Shown here: positions 55,862-64,000 of the stretch, piece by piece | Position numbering within the stretch: position 1 is the first letter of the stretch | How the letters are laid out: every line of letters begins with the position of its first letter | NCBI GenBank assembly: GCA_002389045.1 | Contig: DGNS01000015.1 | Coordinates: 196,217 to 260,216 of the forward strand | Reading direction: 5' to 3' | Source: Thiotrichaceae bacterium UBA4486 | GTDB lineage: Bacteria; Pseudomonadota; Gammaproteobacteria; Eutrophobiales; Eutrophobiaceae | DNA: 64,000 nucleotides | Notes under the pieces: generated by a model | Told to the model about the DNA's origin: nothing | Seen by the model: the letters and a program-made list of their open reading frames with translations, nothing else | Database searches by the model: none | Program-made: the position numbers and the translations under genes

Positions 55862-56659
55862 TTATCCAAACAACTCTTTCAGTTTCTCACCCGGGTCATC
55901 GGCACTCAGGAAGGCTTCCCCGACCAGAAAGGCATTGACGTCGCGCTTTCGCAGTAACTGTACGTCCTTCGGCGAGTGAATACCACTCTCGCTGACCACG
56001 GTACGGTCGGGAAAGACATCGGTCAACAGTCCCAGCGTGGTTTCGAGGCTGGTTTCAAAGGTGCGCAGGTCGCGATTGTTGATGCCGATGAGCGGGGTAC
56101 GCAGCATCAGGCCGCGTTCCAGTTCCTCGCGGTCGTGAACTTCGATGAGGGTATCCAGTCCGCATTCGTTCGCTACCCCGACCAGGTCCTGCATCTGCAG
56201 GTCGCTGAGAGCCGCCACGATAATCAGCACGCAGTCGGCGCCGAGGGCGCGCGATTCGTAGATCTGGTAAGGGTCGATCATGAAATCCTTGCGCAGCACC
56301 GGCAGTTCGCAGGCGTCCCGGGCTTGTTGCAGGTGTTCATCCGTGCCCTCGAACCAGGTGATATCGGTCAGCACCGACAGGCAGGTAGCGCCGGCGTCTG
56401 CGTAGGAACGCGCGATCTCCGCCGGCTGGTAGTTATCACGGATCAGGCCTTTACTCGGCGAGGCTTTTTTGCATTCTGCGATCACGGCGGCATTGCCCGC
56501 ATCGATTTGCCGGCTGATGGCCTGGAAAAAACCGCGTTGCGGTTCACGGTCATCGGCGGCACTGCGCACGTGCTGAAGATTTTTTTTACGGCGCCGGTGC
56601 TCGAGTTCTTCCCGCTTGGTTTTCAGGATCTGTTCAAGAATGTCCGGTCTGTCCTGCAT
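55862..56659 (-). CDS. trpC: Indole-3-glycerol phosphate synthase
   Basis: 265 aa with IAECKKASPSKG and VLTD...FEG motifs. Confidence 0.9.
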   Translation of the reverse strand: MQDRPDILEQILKTKREELEHRRRKKNLQHVRSAADDREPQRGFFQAISRQIDAGNAAVIAECKKASPSKGLIRDNYQPAEIARSYADAGATCLSVLTDITWFEGTDEHLQQARDACELPVLRKDFMIDPYQIYESRALGADCVLIIVAALSDLQMQDLVGVANECGLDTLIEVHDREELERGLMLRTPLIGINNRDLRTFETSLETTLGLLTDVFPDRTVVSESGIHSPKDVQLLRKRDVNAFLVGEAFLSADDPGEKLKELFG

Positions 56660-56661
56660 GT

Positions 56662-57690
56662 TCAGTTCACCTGTTGTTGCGTGAATGCCGCCAGTGCATC
56701 GAATTTTTCCCGGGCCCGGCCCTGGCTGATGACGTCGTCAGCGAGTTGTACACCGGCCTTCAGATCCGCGCAGACATCGGCGGCATACAGCGCCGCGCCG
56801 GCGTTGAGACAGACAATATCGCGGGCCGCTCCCGGTGTGTCATCGAGCACCGACTGCATCAATGCCAGGCTTTCCTCGATACTGGAAACTTCGATCGATT
56901 GCAGGCTGCCGGTTTCGAAGCCCAGGTCTTCCGGTGCGATGGAATAACTGTTGATCTGTCCGTCTTTCAATTCGCAGATGTGGGTACGGGCGGCAAGACT
57001 GATTTCATCGAGGCCATCCTCGGAATGCACGGCGAGCACATGACGGCTGCCGAGTCGTTGCAGCACTTCCACCATGGGTGTGAGCCAGTGGCGATCGAAT
57101 ACGCCAAGTACCTGGTTCGGCGCGGCGGCCGGGTTGGTCAACGGGCCGAGCAGGTTGAACAGGGTCCGTGTGCCGAGTTCCCTGCGCGGTCCGATGGCGT
57201 GTTTCATGGCACTGTGATGCAGCGGTGCAAACATGAAACCGATACCCACGGTGTTTATGCATTCAGCCACCTGTTCCGGAGTCAGTTCAAGTTTAATGCC
57301 GGCGGCTTCCAGCAGATCGGCGCTGCCGGAGTTGCTGGAGACCGAACGATTGCCGTGTTTGGCGACGCGGGCGCCACCGGCCGCGGCGACGAACGCCGAA
57401 GTCGTGGATATATTGAAAGTACTGGCGCCATCGCCGCCGGTGCCGCAGGTATCCACCAGGTGTTCCGGATCGGCTTCGACGCGGGAGCAAAGCGCGCGCA
57501 TGACGCCGGCCGCGGCGCTGATTTCCTCAACCGATTCCCCTTTCATTCTCAGGGCGACGAGAAACCCCGCGACCTGCGCATCACTGCATTGCCCGGTCAT
57601 GATGGCCTGCATGATCGTTTGCATGGACCCGTAGTCAAGGTCCTGCCGGTTGATGACGGTATTGATCGCCTGCCTGATATCCATCATCAA
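56662..57690 (-). CDS. trpD: Anthranilate phosphoribosyltransferase
   Basis: 342 aa with the GTGGDG PRPP-binding motif ([13 protein letters not shown]). Confidence 0.9.
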   Translation of the reverse strand: MMMDIRQAINTVINRQDLDYGSMQTIMQAIMTGQCSDAQVAGFLVALRMKGESVEEISAAAGVMRALCSRVEADPEHLVDTCGTGGDGASTFNISTTSAFVAAAGGARVAKHGNRSVSSNSGSADLLEAAGIKLELTPEQVAECINTVGIGFMFAPLHHSAMKHAIGPRRELGTRTLFNLLGPLTNPAAAPNQVLGVFDRHWLTPMVEVLQRLGSRHVLAVHSEDGLDEISLAARTHICELKDGQINSYSIAPEDLGFETGSLQSIEVSSIEESLALMQSVLDDTPGAARDIVCLNAGAALYAADVCADLKAGVQLADDVISQGRAREKFDALAAFTQQQVN

Positions 57691-58274
57691 CCCTGTGACC
57701 GGTCAAGAAAATTTTCCAGCAATTCGTGGCCGTAGGCAGTGAGGATGGACTCGGGATGAAACTGCACGCCGCTGATGGGTAACTCGCGGTGGCGTATACC
57801 CATGATCTCATCCATCCCGCCATTGTCATTCAGTGTCCAGGCGGTGATCTCGAGGCAGTCCGGTAACGAGGCCGGTTCGATAACCAGTGAGTGATAACGG
57901 GTGGCGGTGAAAGGACTGTCAAATCCGCGAAACACATCCTCGCCACGGTGATGAATTTCCGAGGTTTTACCGTGCATGATGCGGTTGGCGTGAACGATAT
58001 TGCCGCCAAAAACCTGGCCGATACACTGGTGGCCGAGACAAACGCCGAGGATCGGGATCCTGCCCTTGAAGTGATCGATCAGTTCCATGGAAATCCCTGC
58101 CTCGTTGGGCGTGCAGGGTCCCGGCGAGATGACAATGTGTTCCGGGGACAGCGATTCAATGGTGTCAATATCGATGGCATCGTTACGGTAGACGCTGACT
58201 TCCTGACCCAGTTCGCCCAGGTACTGGACCAGGTTGTAGGTGAAGGAATCGTAGTTGTCGATCATTAACAGCAT
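57687..58274 (-). CDS. trpG: Anthranilate synthase component II (glutamine amidotransferase)
   Basis: 195 aa. GVCLGHQ holds the catalytic Cys and the class I GATase triad is present. Confidence 0.9.
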   Translation of the reverse strand: MLLMIDNYDSFTYNLVQYLGELGQEVSVYRNDAIDIDTIESLSPEHIVISPGPCTPNEAGISMELIDHFKGRIPILGVCLGHQCIGQVFGGNIVHANRIMHGKTSEIHHRGEDVFRGFDSPFTATRYHSLVIEPASLPDCLEITAWTLNDNGGMDEIMGIRHRELPISGVQFHPESILTAYGHELLENFLDRSQG

Positions 58275-58292
58275 GTTATCTATACCGTTTGC

Positions 58293-59771
58293 TCAGTTTT
58301 CAAGGCCCTGTTCGGCCATGGCCACGGCGCGGAATATGGCCCGGCCCTTGTTCATGGTCTCTTCCCATTCGCTGGCCGGTATGGAGTCGGCGACGATACC
58401 GGCACCGGCCTGTATATGTAATGTGTGATCTTTAATGACCGCGGTGCGAATAGCAATGGCCGTGTCCATGTTTCCGGTCCAGGATAAATAGCCTACGGCC
58501 CCGGCATAAACACCGCGTTTGACCGGCTCCAGTTCGTTGATGATCTCCATGGCGCGGATCTTGGGCGCGCCCGACACGGTGCCTGCCGGGAAGGTGGCGC
58601 GCAGGGCGTCAATCGCGGTCTTGTCGACGGGGAGTTTGCCGGTGACATTGGAGACGATGTGCATGACATGGGAATAACGTTCAACGATCATCTTGTCGGT
58701 CAACTCGACGCTACCCGTTACAGCCACGCGGCCGATATCATTGCGGCCCAGATCGATCAGCATCAGGTGTTCGGCCAGTTCCTTGGGATCGTTGAGCAAT
58801 TCCTCTTCCAGTTGCCGGTCTTCCTGCTCGTTGCGTCCCCGCGGCCGGGTGCCGGCAATGGGCCGCACGGTGACTTCGTCATCCTCCTTGCGCACCAGGA
58901 TTTCGGGCGAGGACCCGACAATGTAGAAATCGTCGAGGTTCAGGTAATACATGTAGGGTGACGGGTTCAAACAGCGCAGCGAGCGGTAAAGATTGATGGG
59001 CGGCGCCTCGAAGGGTATGGACAGCCGCTGTGACAGCACCACCTGCATGGTGTCACCATCAACGATGTATTGTTTTATGCGATCCACGGCCGCCTCGAAA
59101 TCCTCGCGGCTGAAACCGGAGGTGAAATCCGTTTCCGACACCTGCCGTGTCGTTTGCGTGGTAGTGTCAGGCAGCTTGCCGATTTTCAGCTTGCCGGCGA
59201 TCTGGTTCAGTTGATCATTGGCCTTTTCCCAGGCGCCGGTTTCTTCCGGGTTGGCCAGCACGATGATGTAAAGTTTGCCGCCCAGGTTATCAAACACAAT
59301 CACCTGTTCGGAAACCATCAGCAGAATGTCCGGGCAATCAATAGGGTCGGGCTTGTCGCCGGCCTCGAGACGTTCTTCAATATACTGGATGCACTCGTAG
59401 CCGAAGTAGCCAACCAGACCGCCGTTAAAGCGCGGCATGTGTTCGATATTCGCTACCCGGAAATCCCTGTGCAGGGATTCGATCTCCGCCAGCGGATCCG
59501 CGGCGGTGAACTCATCGATGATCTCGCCATCCTGTTCCAGGGTGATGCGGTGGCCATGCACCTTGATGATGGTCGTGGCCGGCAGTCCGATGATGGAATA
59601 ACGTCCCCATTTCTCGCCGCCCTGAACCGATTCTAGCAGGTAGGAGTACGGACCGTTAGCCAGCTTCAGGTAGGCGCTGAGCGGTGTTTCCAGATCCGCC
59701 AGTACTTCGCGCATCAACGGGATACGGTTATAGCCCTCGGCGGCGAGTTGTTGAAACTGCTCAGGCGTCAT
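58293..59771 (-). CDS. trpE: Anthranilate synthase component I
   Basis: 492 aa of the chorismate-binding enzyme family ([20 protein letters not shown]). Confidence 0.9.
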   Translation of the reverse strand: MTPEQFQQLAAEGYNRIPLMREVLADLETPLSAYLKLANGPYSYLLESVQGGEKWGRYSIIGLPATTIIKVHGHRITLEQDGEIIDEFTAADPLAEIESLHRDFRVANIEHMPRFNGGLVGYFGYECIQYIEERLEAGDKPDPIDCPDILLMVSEQVIVFDNLGGKLYIIVLANPEETGAWEKANDQLNQIAGKLKIGKLPDTTTQTTRQVSETDFTSGFSREDFEAAVDRIKQYIVDGDTMQVVLSQRLSIPFEAPPINLYRSLRCLNPSPYMYYLNLDDFYIVGSSPEILVRKEDDEVTVRPIAGTRPRGRNEQEDRQLEEELLNDPKELAEHLMLIDLGRNDIGRVAVTGSVELTDKMIVERYSHVMHIVSNVTGKLPVDKTAIDALRATFPAGTVSGAPKIRAMEIINELEPVKRGVYAGAVGYLSWTGNMDTAIAIRTAVIKDHTLHIQAGAGIVADSIPASEWEETMNKGRAIFRAVAMAEQGLEN

Positions 59772-60445
59772 GATGCCTGCAGATGCCGTGGCAGTTCAGC
59801 CAGGGAATCCACCACTGCATCGGGATTGGCCGCGTTGATATCCATGCCGCGATTATAACCGTAAGAGACGCAGAGAATGTTGAATCCGGCCGCCCGTGCC
59901 GCACCCACATCATTGATGGAATCACCCACCATCAGTGAGACTGCCGGCGACACCGAAAAATACTCCGCCGCGTGCAGTAGCGGCAGCGGATCGGGTTTGC
60001 GTCGGGGCAGGGTGTCGCCGCAAATAACGATGCCGAAATCATCATAGATTCCCAGTGTCTGCAGCAGGATTTCGGTGAAGCGGGTGCGCTTGTTGGTGAC
60101 GCAACCAAGTTTGTAGCCAGCCGATTTGAGATAGTGCATTCCGTCCTCCACACCCGGATAGAAACGGCTGTGACGGGCCGCGTTATCGGCATAGATGTCC
60201 ATGAACAGGGGGAAAGCGTGTTCGAACAACGCCGTGTCGGGTTCGCCGTCGTCGTCATCGGTGAGTGCGCGTTTGACCAGCGTCTCTATACCGTTACCGA
60301 CCCAGTTCCGTATCTTGTCCTCGCCCCGCTGCGGGAGGCCGATTTCCTGCAGCATGGTGTCCACCGAGTAGGCCAGATCCGGCACCGTATCCACCAGTGT
60401 GCCATCGACATCAAGCAGGACCATTTCTGTGCGGGTGAATGCCAT
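59768..60445 (-). CDS. gph: Phosphoglycolate phosphatase (HAD superfamily). The start is reassigned to ATG 60445.
   Basis: [12 protein letters not shown] is HAD motif I. It sits between rpe and trpE as in Pseudomonas and E. coli. The listed ORF's first 70 residues are Pro/Ser-rich nonsense. Confidence 0.8.
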   Translation of the reverse strand: MAFTRTEMVLLDVDGTLVDTVPDLAYSVDTMLQEIGLPQRGEDKIRNWVGNGIETLVKRALTDDDDGEPDTALFEHAFPLFMDIYADNAARHSRFYPGVEDGMHYLKSAGYKLGCVTNKRTRFTEILLQTLGIYDDFGIVICGDTLPRRKPDPLPLLHAAEYFSVSPAVSLMVGDSINDVGAARAAGFNILCVSYGYNRGMDINAANPDAVVDSLAELPRHLQAS

Positions 60446-60464
60446 CGTCTGCCAATCAACCGGT

Positions 60465-61127
60465 TTATGCCGCCAGTTGCTTGCGCATGGCCGAGATGGT
60501 GGCGGCGTAGTCCTTACTGCCGAAAATAGCGGAACCGGCGACAAAGGTGTCGGCGCCGGCGGCGGCGATTTCAGCGATGTTGTCGATCTTGACGCCACCA
60601 TCGATCTCCAGGCGGATGTCGCGGCCGCCGGCATCGATGAGTTTGCGGGCCTCACGCAGTTTCTCCAGGCTGGAGGGAATAAAGGACTGGCCGCCGAAGC
60701 CCGGATTGACCGACATCAGCAGGATCATGTCCAGCTTGTCCATGACATGCCGCAGCACGTCCAGCGGCGTCGCGGGGTTGAACACCAGCCCGGCCTTGCA
60801 ACCATTGTCCCGGATCAACTGCAGGCTGCGATCGATGTGCTCGCTGGCTTCCGGATGGAAAGTGATGTATGTGGCGCCGGCGCGGGCGAATTCGGGGATA
60901 ATGGCGTCCACGGGCTTGATCATCAGGTGCACATCCAGCGGGGCGCTGATGCCGTGTTTGCGCAGGGCCTCAACCACGATGGGACCGAAGGTCAGGTTCG
61001 GTACGTAGTGGTTATCCATGACGTCGACATGGAGAAAATCGGCCCCGGCGGCGAGGACGGCTTCGGCTTCTTCACCCAGTTTCGCCATGTTGGCCGAGAG
61101 GATGGATGGTGCGATGACGTAGTCCAT
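60465..61127 (-). CDS. rpe: Ribulose-phosphate 3-epimerase
   Basis: 220 aa with the [17 protein letters not shown] signature. Confidence 0.9.
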   Translation of the reverse strand: MDYVIAPSILSANMAKLGEEAEAVLAAGADFLHVDVMDNHYVPNLTFGPIVVEALRKHGISAPLDVHLMIKPVDAIIPEFARAGATYITFHPEASEHIDRSLQLIRDNGCKAGLVFNPATPLDVLRHVMDKLDMILLMSVNPGFGGQSFIPSSLEKLREARKLIDAGGRDIRLEIDGGVKIDNIAEIAAAGADTFVAGSAIFGSKDYAATISAMRKQLAA

Positions 61128-61192
61128 GGAATGCGTGGTATTGTTCCGGAAAAGAAGCGCAACTTTACCTGATCAGGTGGCGGGGCGCCAGA

Positions 61193-61258
61193 TTGCAGAC
61201 TTCAGATTTCAGACATCAGACATCAGACTACAGACTACAGACGACAGATTACAGATGG
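61193..61258. repeat. Heptameric simple-sequence repeat array, about 9 x CAGAC(T/A)(T/A)-like units (cagacttcagatttcagacatcagacatcagactacagactacagacgacagattacag)
   Basis: Direct inspection shows degenerate 7-mers with a CAGA core. Confidence 0.7.
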
Positions 61259-61318
61259 CAGGGAACAGGTAACTGGGAACAGGGATTTGTGAATCGTGAC
61301 TGGATCGAGAATACTATT

Positions 61319-61398
61319 TACCAATCACCAATCACCAATCACCAATCACCAATCACCAATCACCAATCACCAATCACCAATCACCAATCACCAATCAC
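61319..61398. repeat. Perfect octameric SSR: about 9.5 x ACCAATCA (ccaatcaccaatcacc...)
   Basis: Direct inspection of lines 61321-61400. Confidence 0.85.
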
Positions 61399-61402
61399 TG
61401 TC

Positions 61403-62230
61403 GTGAAAAAATACTGCATATTCTCAATCTATCTGTTCGCCTTTCTGGTCTCTATGCCGGCCCCTGCCTATGACAACAGCCGGGAGACGCTCATCGCCGA
61501 GCGTCTCGAGGAACGTATCAAGTTGGGCAAACCCATGTGGCTGGAGTCCGCCAACGGCGATTTTTTTGTCATCCGGACAGAGCAGATGACCCGTGAACCG
61601 CAGGGCGTCGCGGTGTTGCTGCACGGTATCGGCGCGCACCCCGACTGGCCGGTGGTCATTTCCCAGTTGCGCAAGTCACTGCCCCAGCAGGGCTGGTCCA
61701 CGTTGTCGGTACAGTTACCGGTGCTGCCGCCGGAACACGCCATTGCCGACTATGGCAAAACACTGGATGAGGCCCGCCGGCGTATTGGCACAGCCCTCGA
61801 ATATCTGCGAGAACAGCAAATTGAACCGGTCGTCATCATCGGTTACAGCTTTGGCGCGGCAACGGCCTTCAGCTACAGCGCCAACCTGCAGGAAACGCCT
61901 TCGGATCTGCTCGGCGTGGTCGGGATCAGCGCCGTGGCCCAGCCCTTCATGCGACCCCCGGTGGATCTGCTGGCTGAAATCGAGGGGGTTAAAATACCGG
62001 TGCTGGATATTTACGGCAGCCGCGATTTTCCGGAAATCGTTAACGGCGCAGCCGATCGCCGGCTGGCCGCGCGCAAGGGCGAAAATCCCTGGTATCAGCA
62101 GATTGAAATCGAGGGCGCCGATCACAATTATTCCGGCCTCGGCAACGTCCTCAGCAAACGCATCAGCGGCTGGTTGAAAAAGCTGATAGAAGATTACCGG
62201 ATCCGGCAATCACAGGACGCAGTTGACTGA
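61403..62230 (+). CDS. Secreted alpha/beta hydrolase (a GTG start at 61403 is proposed; the listed ATG at 61193 would translate the SSR arrays)
   Basis: The signal peptide VKKYCIFSIYLFAFLVSMPAPA begins right after the SSR array. The nucleophile elbow GYSFGA and the alpha/beta hydrolase fold follow. Translating from 61193 gives QTSDFRHQTSDYRLQTTDYR...QSPITNHQSPITNH repeats, which is implausible. Confidence 0.55.
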   Translation: MKKYCIFSIYLFAFLVSMPAPAYDNSRETLIAERLEERIKLGKPMWLESANGDFFVIRTEQMTREPQGVAVLLHGIGAHPDWPVVISQLRKSLPQQGWSTLSVQLPVLPPEHAIADYGKTLDEARRRIGTALEYLREQQIEPVVIIGYSFGAATAFSYSANLQETPSDLLGVVGISAVAQPFMRPPVDLLAEIEGVKIPVLDIYGSRDFPEIVNGAADRRLAARKGENPWYQQIEIEGADHNYSGLGNVLSKRISGWLKKLIEDYRIRQSQDAVD

Positions 62231-62255
62231 CTTCACATCATAAAGGTGTCTGGCT

Positions 62256-62356
62256 TCAGCCAGACACCGCGAACCACGCCACGTCACACAGGTATCTGCC
62301 TTTAATGCAGGTGTCTGACTTCAGTCAGACATCGTGAACCACACCTCCCAGGTATC
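62256..62356. repeat. Two tandem copies of a ~65-bp unit, each holding a 9-bp-stem hairpin (GGTGTCTGGC-TTCA-GCCAGACAC...GAACCAC), at the core/island junction
   Basis: Copy 1 starts at 62256 (ggtgtctggcttcagccagacaccgcgaaccacgcc) and copy 2 at 62321 (ggtgtctgacttcagtcagacatcgtgaaccacacc). Both are followed by ...caggtatc. Confidence 0.6.
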
Positions 62357-62724
62357 CAGGCCGTGTTTGCCCCGTTCAATAATGCAGAGTTATACTCAGC
62401 TCACTTGCATAACGGCATGAATGCAATGGAAAACACCGGCATATTCCACCTCGCCTATCTGCGCGATATACGGCCTGCCACGCCGGATAAGAATCTTATA
62501 CCGGCCACAATGTCCGTATTTGCTGCTTTCAATAATACCCGAATCCAATAAAGAACGGACACTAACGACATGAAATAAAACGGAACAGGCAGGAGCGGGA
62601 GAACAGAAATCACTGTTCCCCCTGCGTCATATCCGGCGTGTGGTCCATATATTAACTGTTGGGCGGCACAGAAGGACACTTCATGCAGAATTCACGATAG
62701 ATAATACATTTTAGCAAGAAGATC

Positions 62725-63003
62725 ATGGCAAGACATATTGAAGAACAGCTTTATTCATCACTCATCGATGCAAAGTTTCGTTTTATGGCGAGAGGTGAAC
62801 ATCACATCGATGATATTTATGCACGTGTTAAAACAGAGTTTCCCCTCTTATGTGACGACCAGTATTTCTGCTCAGAAAACTGCAATGCCGGCAATAATCA
62901 GTCTGAGTGGAAACACACAGTTCGTAACGCATTGCAGAGACTTAAGAAATTAGACCAAAACATAGCCTTTACAGGCAAACGAGGATACTGGTCTTTTGGC
63001 TAG
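62725..63003 (+). CDS. Small Mrr_N-like winged-helix protein, first gene of the AT-rich cassette
   Basis: 92 aa. The C-terminal SEWKHTVRNALQRLKKLDQNIAFTGKRGYWSFG resembles the N-terminal winged helix of Mrr-type restriction proteins (NRAGWAHDRLKRAGL...RGKWCLT). GC is about 38%. Confidence 0.45.
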   Translation: MARHIEEQLYSSLIDAKFRFMARGEHHIDDIYARVKTEFPLLCDDQYFCSENCNAGNNQSEWKHTVRNALQRLKKLDQNIAFTGKRGYWSFG

Positions 63004-63041
63004 TATGGAACAACAGCTCAACTGATTGATAGAAACCAACA

Positions 63042-63353
63042 ATGATTTCACGACATATAATAATGATAGCTGTAGGAATACTTCTCAAAAATATTTTTAT
63101 ACTTACCTACTTAGGCATTGCTCAGGCGCTATTTTTATCGGCCATTGTAAATGGTATTGATATGAAATTTGTAGTAAAAGATGCCGATATGCGAATGAAA
63201 AATCTAATCGATCAGAATTCAGCTGATGAAGGTGCAAGACAATGGCTAGATCGGTCATCTAGAACAAAATCTACTATATTTAATTTATGGTTATGTAAAT
63301 CTATATGGTATGGGGCAGTTGTTTTGGTTGCAGCCTATATTACAAGATCATGA
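63042..63353 (+). CDS. Small membrane protein (N-terminal and C-terminal TM segments), second gene of the cassette
   Basis: 103 aa with hydrophobic segments IIMIAVGILL...IFILTYLGIAQALFLSAIV and IWYGAVVLVAAYI. It starts 38 nt after the previous gene. Confidence 0.4.
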   Translation: MISRHIIMIAVGILLKNIFILTYLGIAQALFLSAIVNGIDMKFVVKDADMRMKNLIDQNSADEGARQWLDRSSRTKSTIFNLWLCKSIWYGAVVLVAAYITRS

Positions 63354-63423
63354 TGCCGCCTAACCAGCGCATCCAGGTGACGCCAAAAAGCGGCGCACCT
63401 GATACATTACGTTATGTTGCATT

Positions 63424-63936
63424 ATGACTCGTAAACAACGTCTTCGCAGGGTAGGAATACTTTGCTGCCATTGCCTACGGAATCTTGCCTTCTACAAAGC
63501 AGGTTGGCGGAACGGTAAGCTTATATTCCACGATCAATTTTGGGTAAACGCCAATGGTAATTTTTTAGATATTTGTGTAATGGAATGGTGCAAGCTCTTC
63601 GGTGAAGTACGTGGCGCACATTATTGGAAGAAAGTGATATCTACACCAGATGAATTTTTTGGTAGTTTATTGAACGAGGCCAAAGTAACGGAAGCAGAGC
63701 TTGATGATTATATAAAAGAAATGCGCACATATCGAGATAAATTCGTCGCTCACCTAGATTCTGAAGAGACAATGCACATTCCGAAACTTGATGTCGCGCA
63801 TAAGACTGCGTCGTATTTGTACGACTATCTTCTGGCGAATGAAGATGAGGGCGGCTACTTTGCCGACGCGCCAAGAAAGGCTTCAACTTTTTATCAAAAG
63901 TATCTGAAGGAAGCAAAGTCGGTATACGACCAATGA
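63424..63936 (+). CDS. HEPN-like protein (Rx4-6H motif, DUF4145/Abi-like), third gene of the cassette
   Basis: 170 aa. YRDKFVAHLD contains R-x5-H, the HEPN RNase signature. The protein is helical and K/E-rich. Its stop overlaps the next start (ATGA). Confidence 0.4.
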   Translation: MTRKQRLRRVGILCCHCLRNLAFYKAGWRNGKLIFHDQFWVNANGNFLDICVMEWCKLFGEVRGAHYWKKVISTPDEFFGSLLNEAKVTEAELDDYIKEMRTYRDKFVAHLDSEETMHIPKLDVAHKTASYLYDYLLANEDEGGYFADAPRKASTFYQKYLKEAKSVYDQ

Positions 63937-64000
63937 ACATGCAACATAACAAGGCAAATTCACTCGGACGTCAAAAAGCGGCGATCCTCGTTCCTCGTCG
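63933..64000 (+). CDS. Fourth cassette gene, 3'-truncated by the window edge
   Basis: An ATG at 63933 overlaps the upstream TGA (caATGAac) and opens a frame MNMQHNKANSLGRQKAAILVPR that runs to the end of the window. Confidence 0.3.
   Translation, partial: MNMQHNKANSLGRQKAAILVPR

Noticed and set aside
53855-57735. Long plus-strand ORFs 53855..55036 (393 aa), 55976..56947 (323 aa) and 56674..57735 (353 aa)
   Set aside because: They are antisense to cioA, the beta-propeller gene, trpC and trpD. Those genes have diagnostic motifs and operon context, so these are shadow ORFs.
60134-61172. Plus-strand ORFs 60134..60529, 60399..61172 and 60547..61008
   Set aside because: They are antisense to gph and rpe.
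61193-61402. Upstream ATG start at 61193 for the hydrolase ORF (345 aa as listed)
   Set aside because: It would translate the heptamer and octamer SSR arrays into repetitive peptide, and a signal peptide only begins after the arrays. A GTG start at 61403 gives a standard secreted protein. This is kept as an alternative because in-frame SSR-encoded N-termini do occur in contingency genes.
62256-62356. Possible 2-repeat CRISPR mini-array
   Set aside because: The two spacers are themselves similar to each other (both contain CAGGTATC), so the true repeat unit is about 65 bp and tandem. No cas genes are nearby, and a repeat with a 36-bp palindromic core and near-identical spacers is typical of REP or terminator units.
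62363-62679. ORFs 62363..62551 (+) and 62455..62679 (-) in the island leader
   Set aside because: They are short, mutually overlapping, lack an RBS and motifs, and sit in what looks like a promoter or leader region upstream of the cassette.

Overview
This window is a GC-rich (roughly 60% GC) gammaproteobacterial chromosomal segment of mostly housekeeping genes, flanked at both edges by AT-rich (roughly 35-40% GC) islands that are almost certainly horizontally acquired. The core has Pseudomonas-like synteny. Left to right it holds: a molybdopterin oxidoreductase; purE-purK; two tandem paralogous GGDEF diguanylate cyclases; dsbA, cytochrome c4 and engB; an M48 lipoprotein peptidase; rpmE; xthA; prlC; a LemA/GIDE pair; and bfr-bfd. 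Next is a Fur-box-controlled iron-uptake locus with a porin, an FMN-binding protein, a PepSY protein and an FbpABC-type Fe3+ ABC transporter. Then come gcvH, tpx, dgkA, glk and the hemA-prfA-prmC-(hyp)-moeB operon (all minus strand), followed by a TPR lipoprotein and lolB-ispE-tRNA-Gln-prs-rplY-pth-ychF. After that lies an uncharacterised metabolic cluster (class II aldolase, VOC, MetX-like, DUF867, AstE/AspA family, M20/M42-like peptidase, and a SAM-methyltransferase::ATP-grasp fusion), then an ATL alkyltransferase-like protein, the cyanide-insensitive cytochrome bd oxidase cioAB with a small unlisted membrane ORF, and rpe-gph-trpEGDC. The most interesting content is at the edges. (1) At 1-1566 on the minus strand there is a long open reading frame with no in-window stop, so it is absent from the supplied ORF track. 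It encodes an N-terminal TIR domain (SxWxxxEL catalytic-glutamate motif intact) fused to a STAND/NB-ARC-like NTPase, which is a candidate anti-phage NLR-like defence protein. (2) At 62.7-64.0 kb there is an AT-rich cassette of at least four tightly spaced or overlapping small genes: an Mrr_N-like winged-helix protein, a small 2-TM protein, an Rx4-6H HEPN-like protein, and a fourth gene truncated by the window edge. This is a candidate uncharacterised defence or abortive-infection system. It is preceded by simple-sequence-repeat arrays and a duplicated palindromic unit at the island junction. Several families of REP/MITE-like palindromic repeats with gaatgac/gtcattc motifs are scattered through intergenic regions. 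Many long ORFs antisense to real genes in the GC-rich DNA are artefacts and were rejected.
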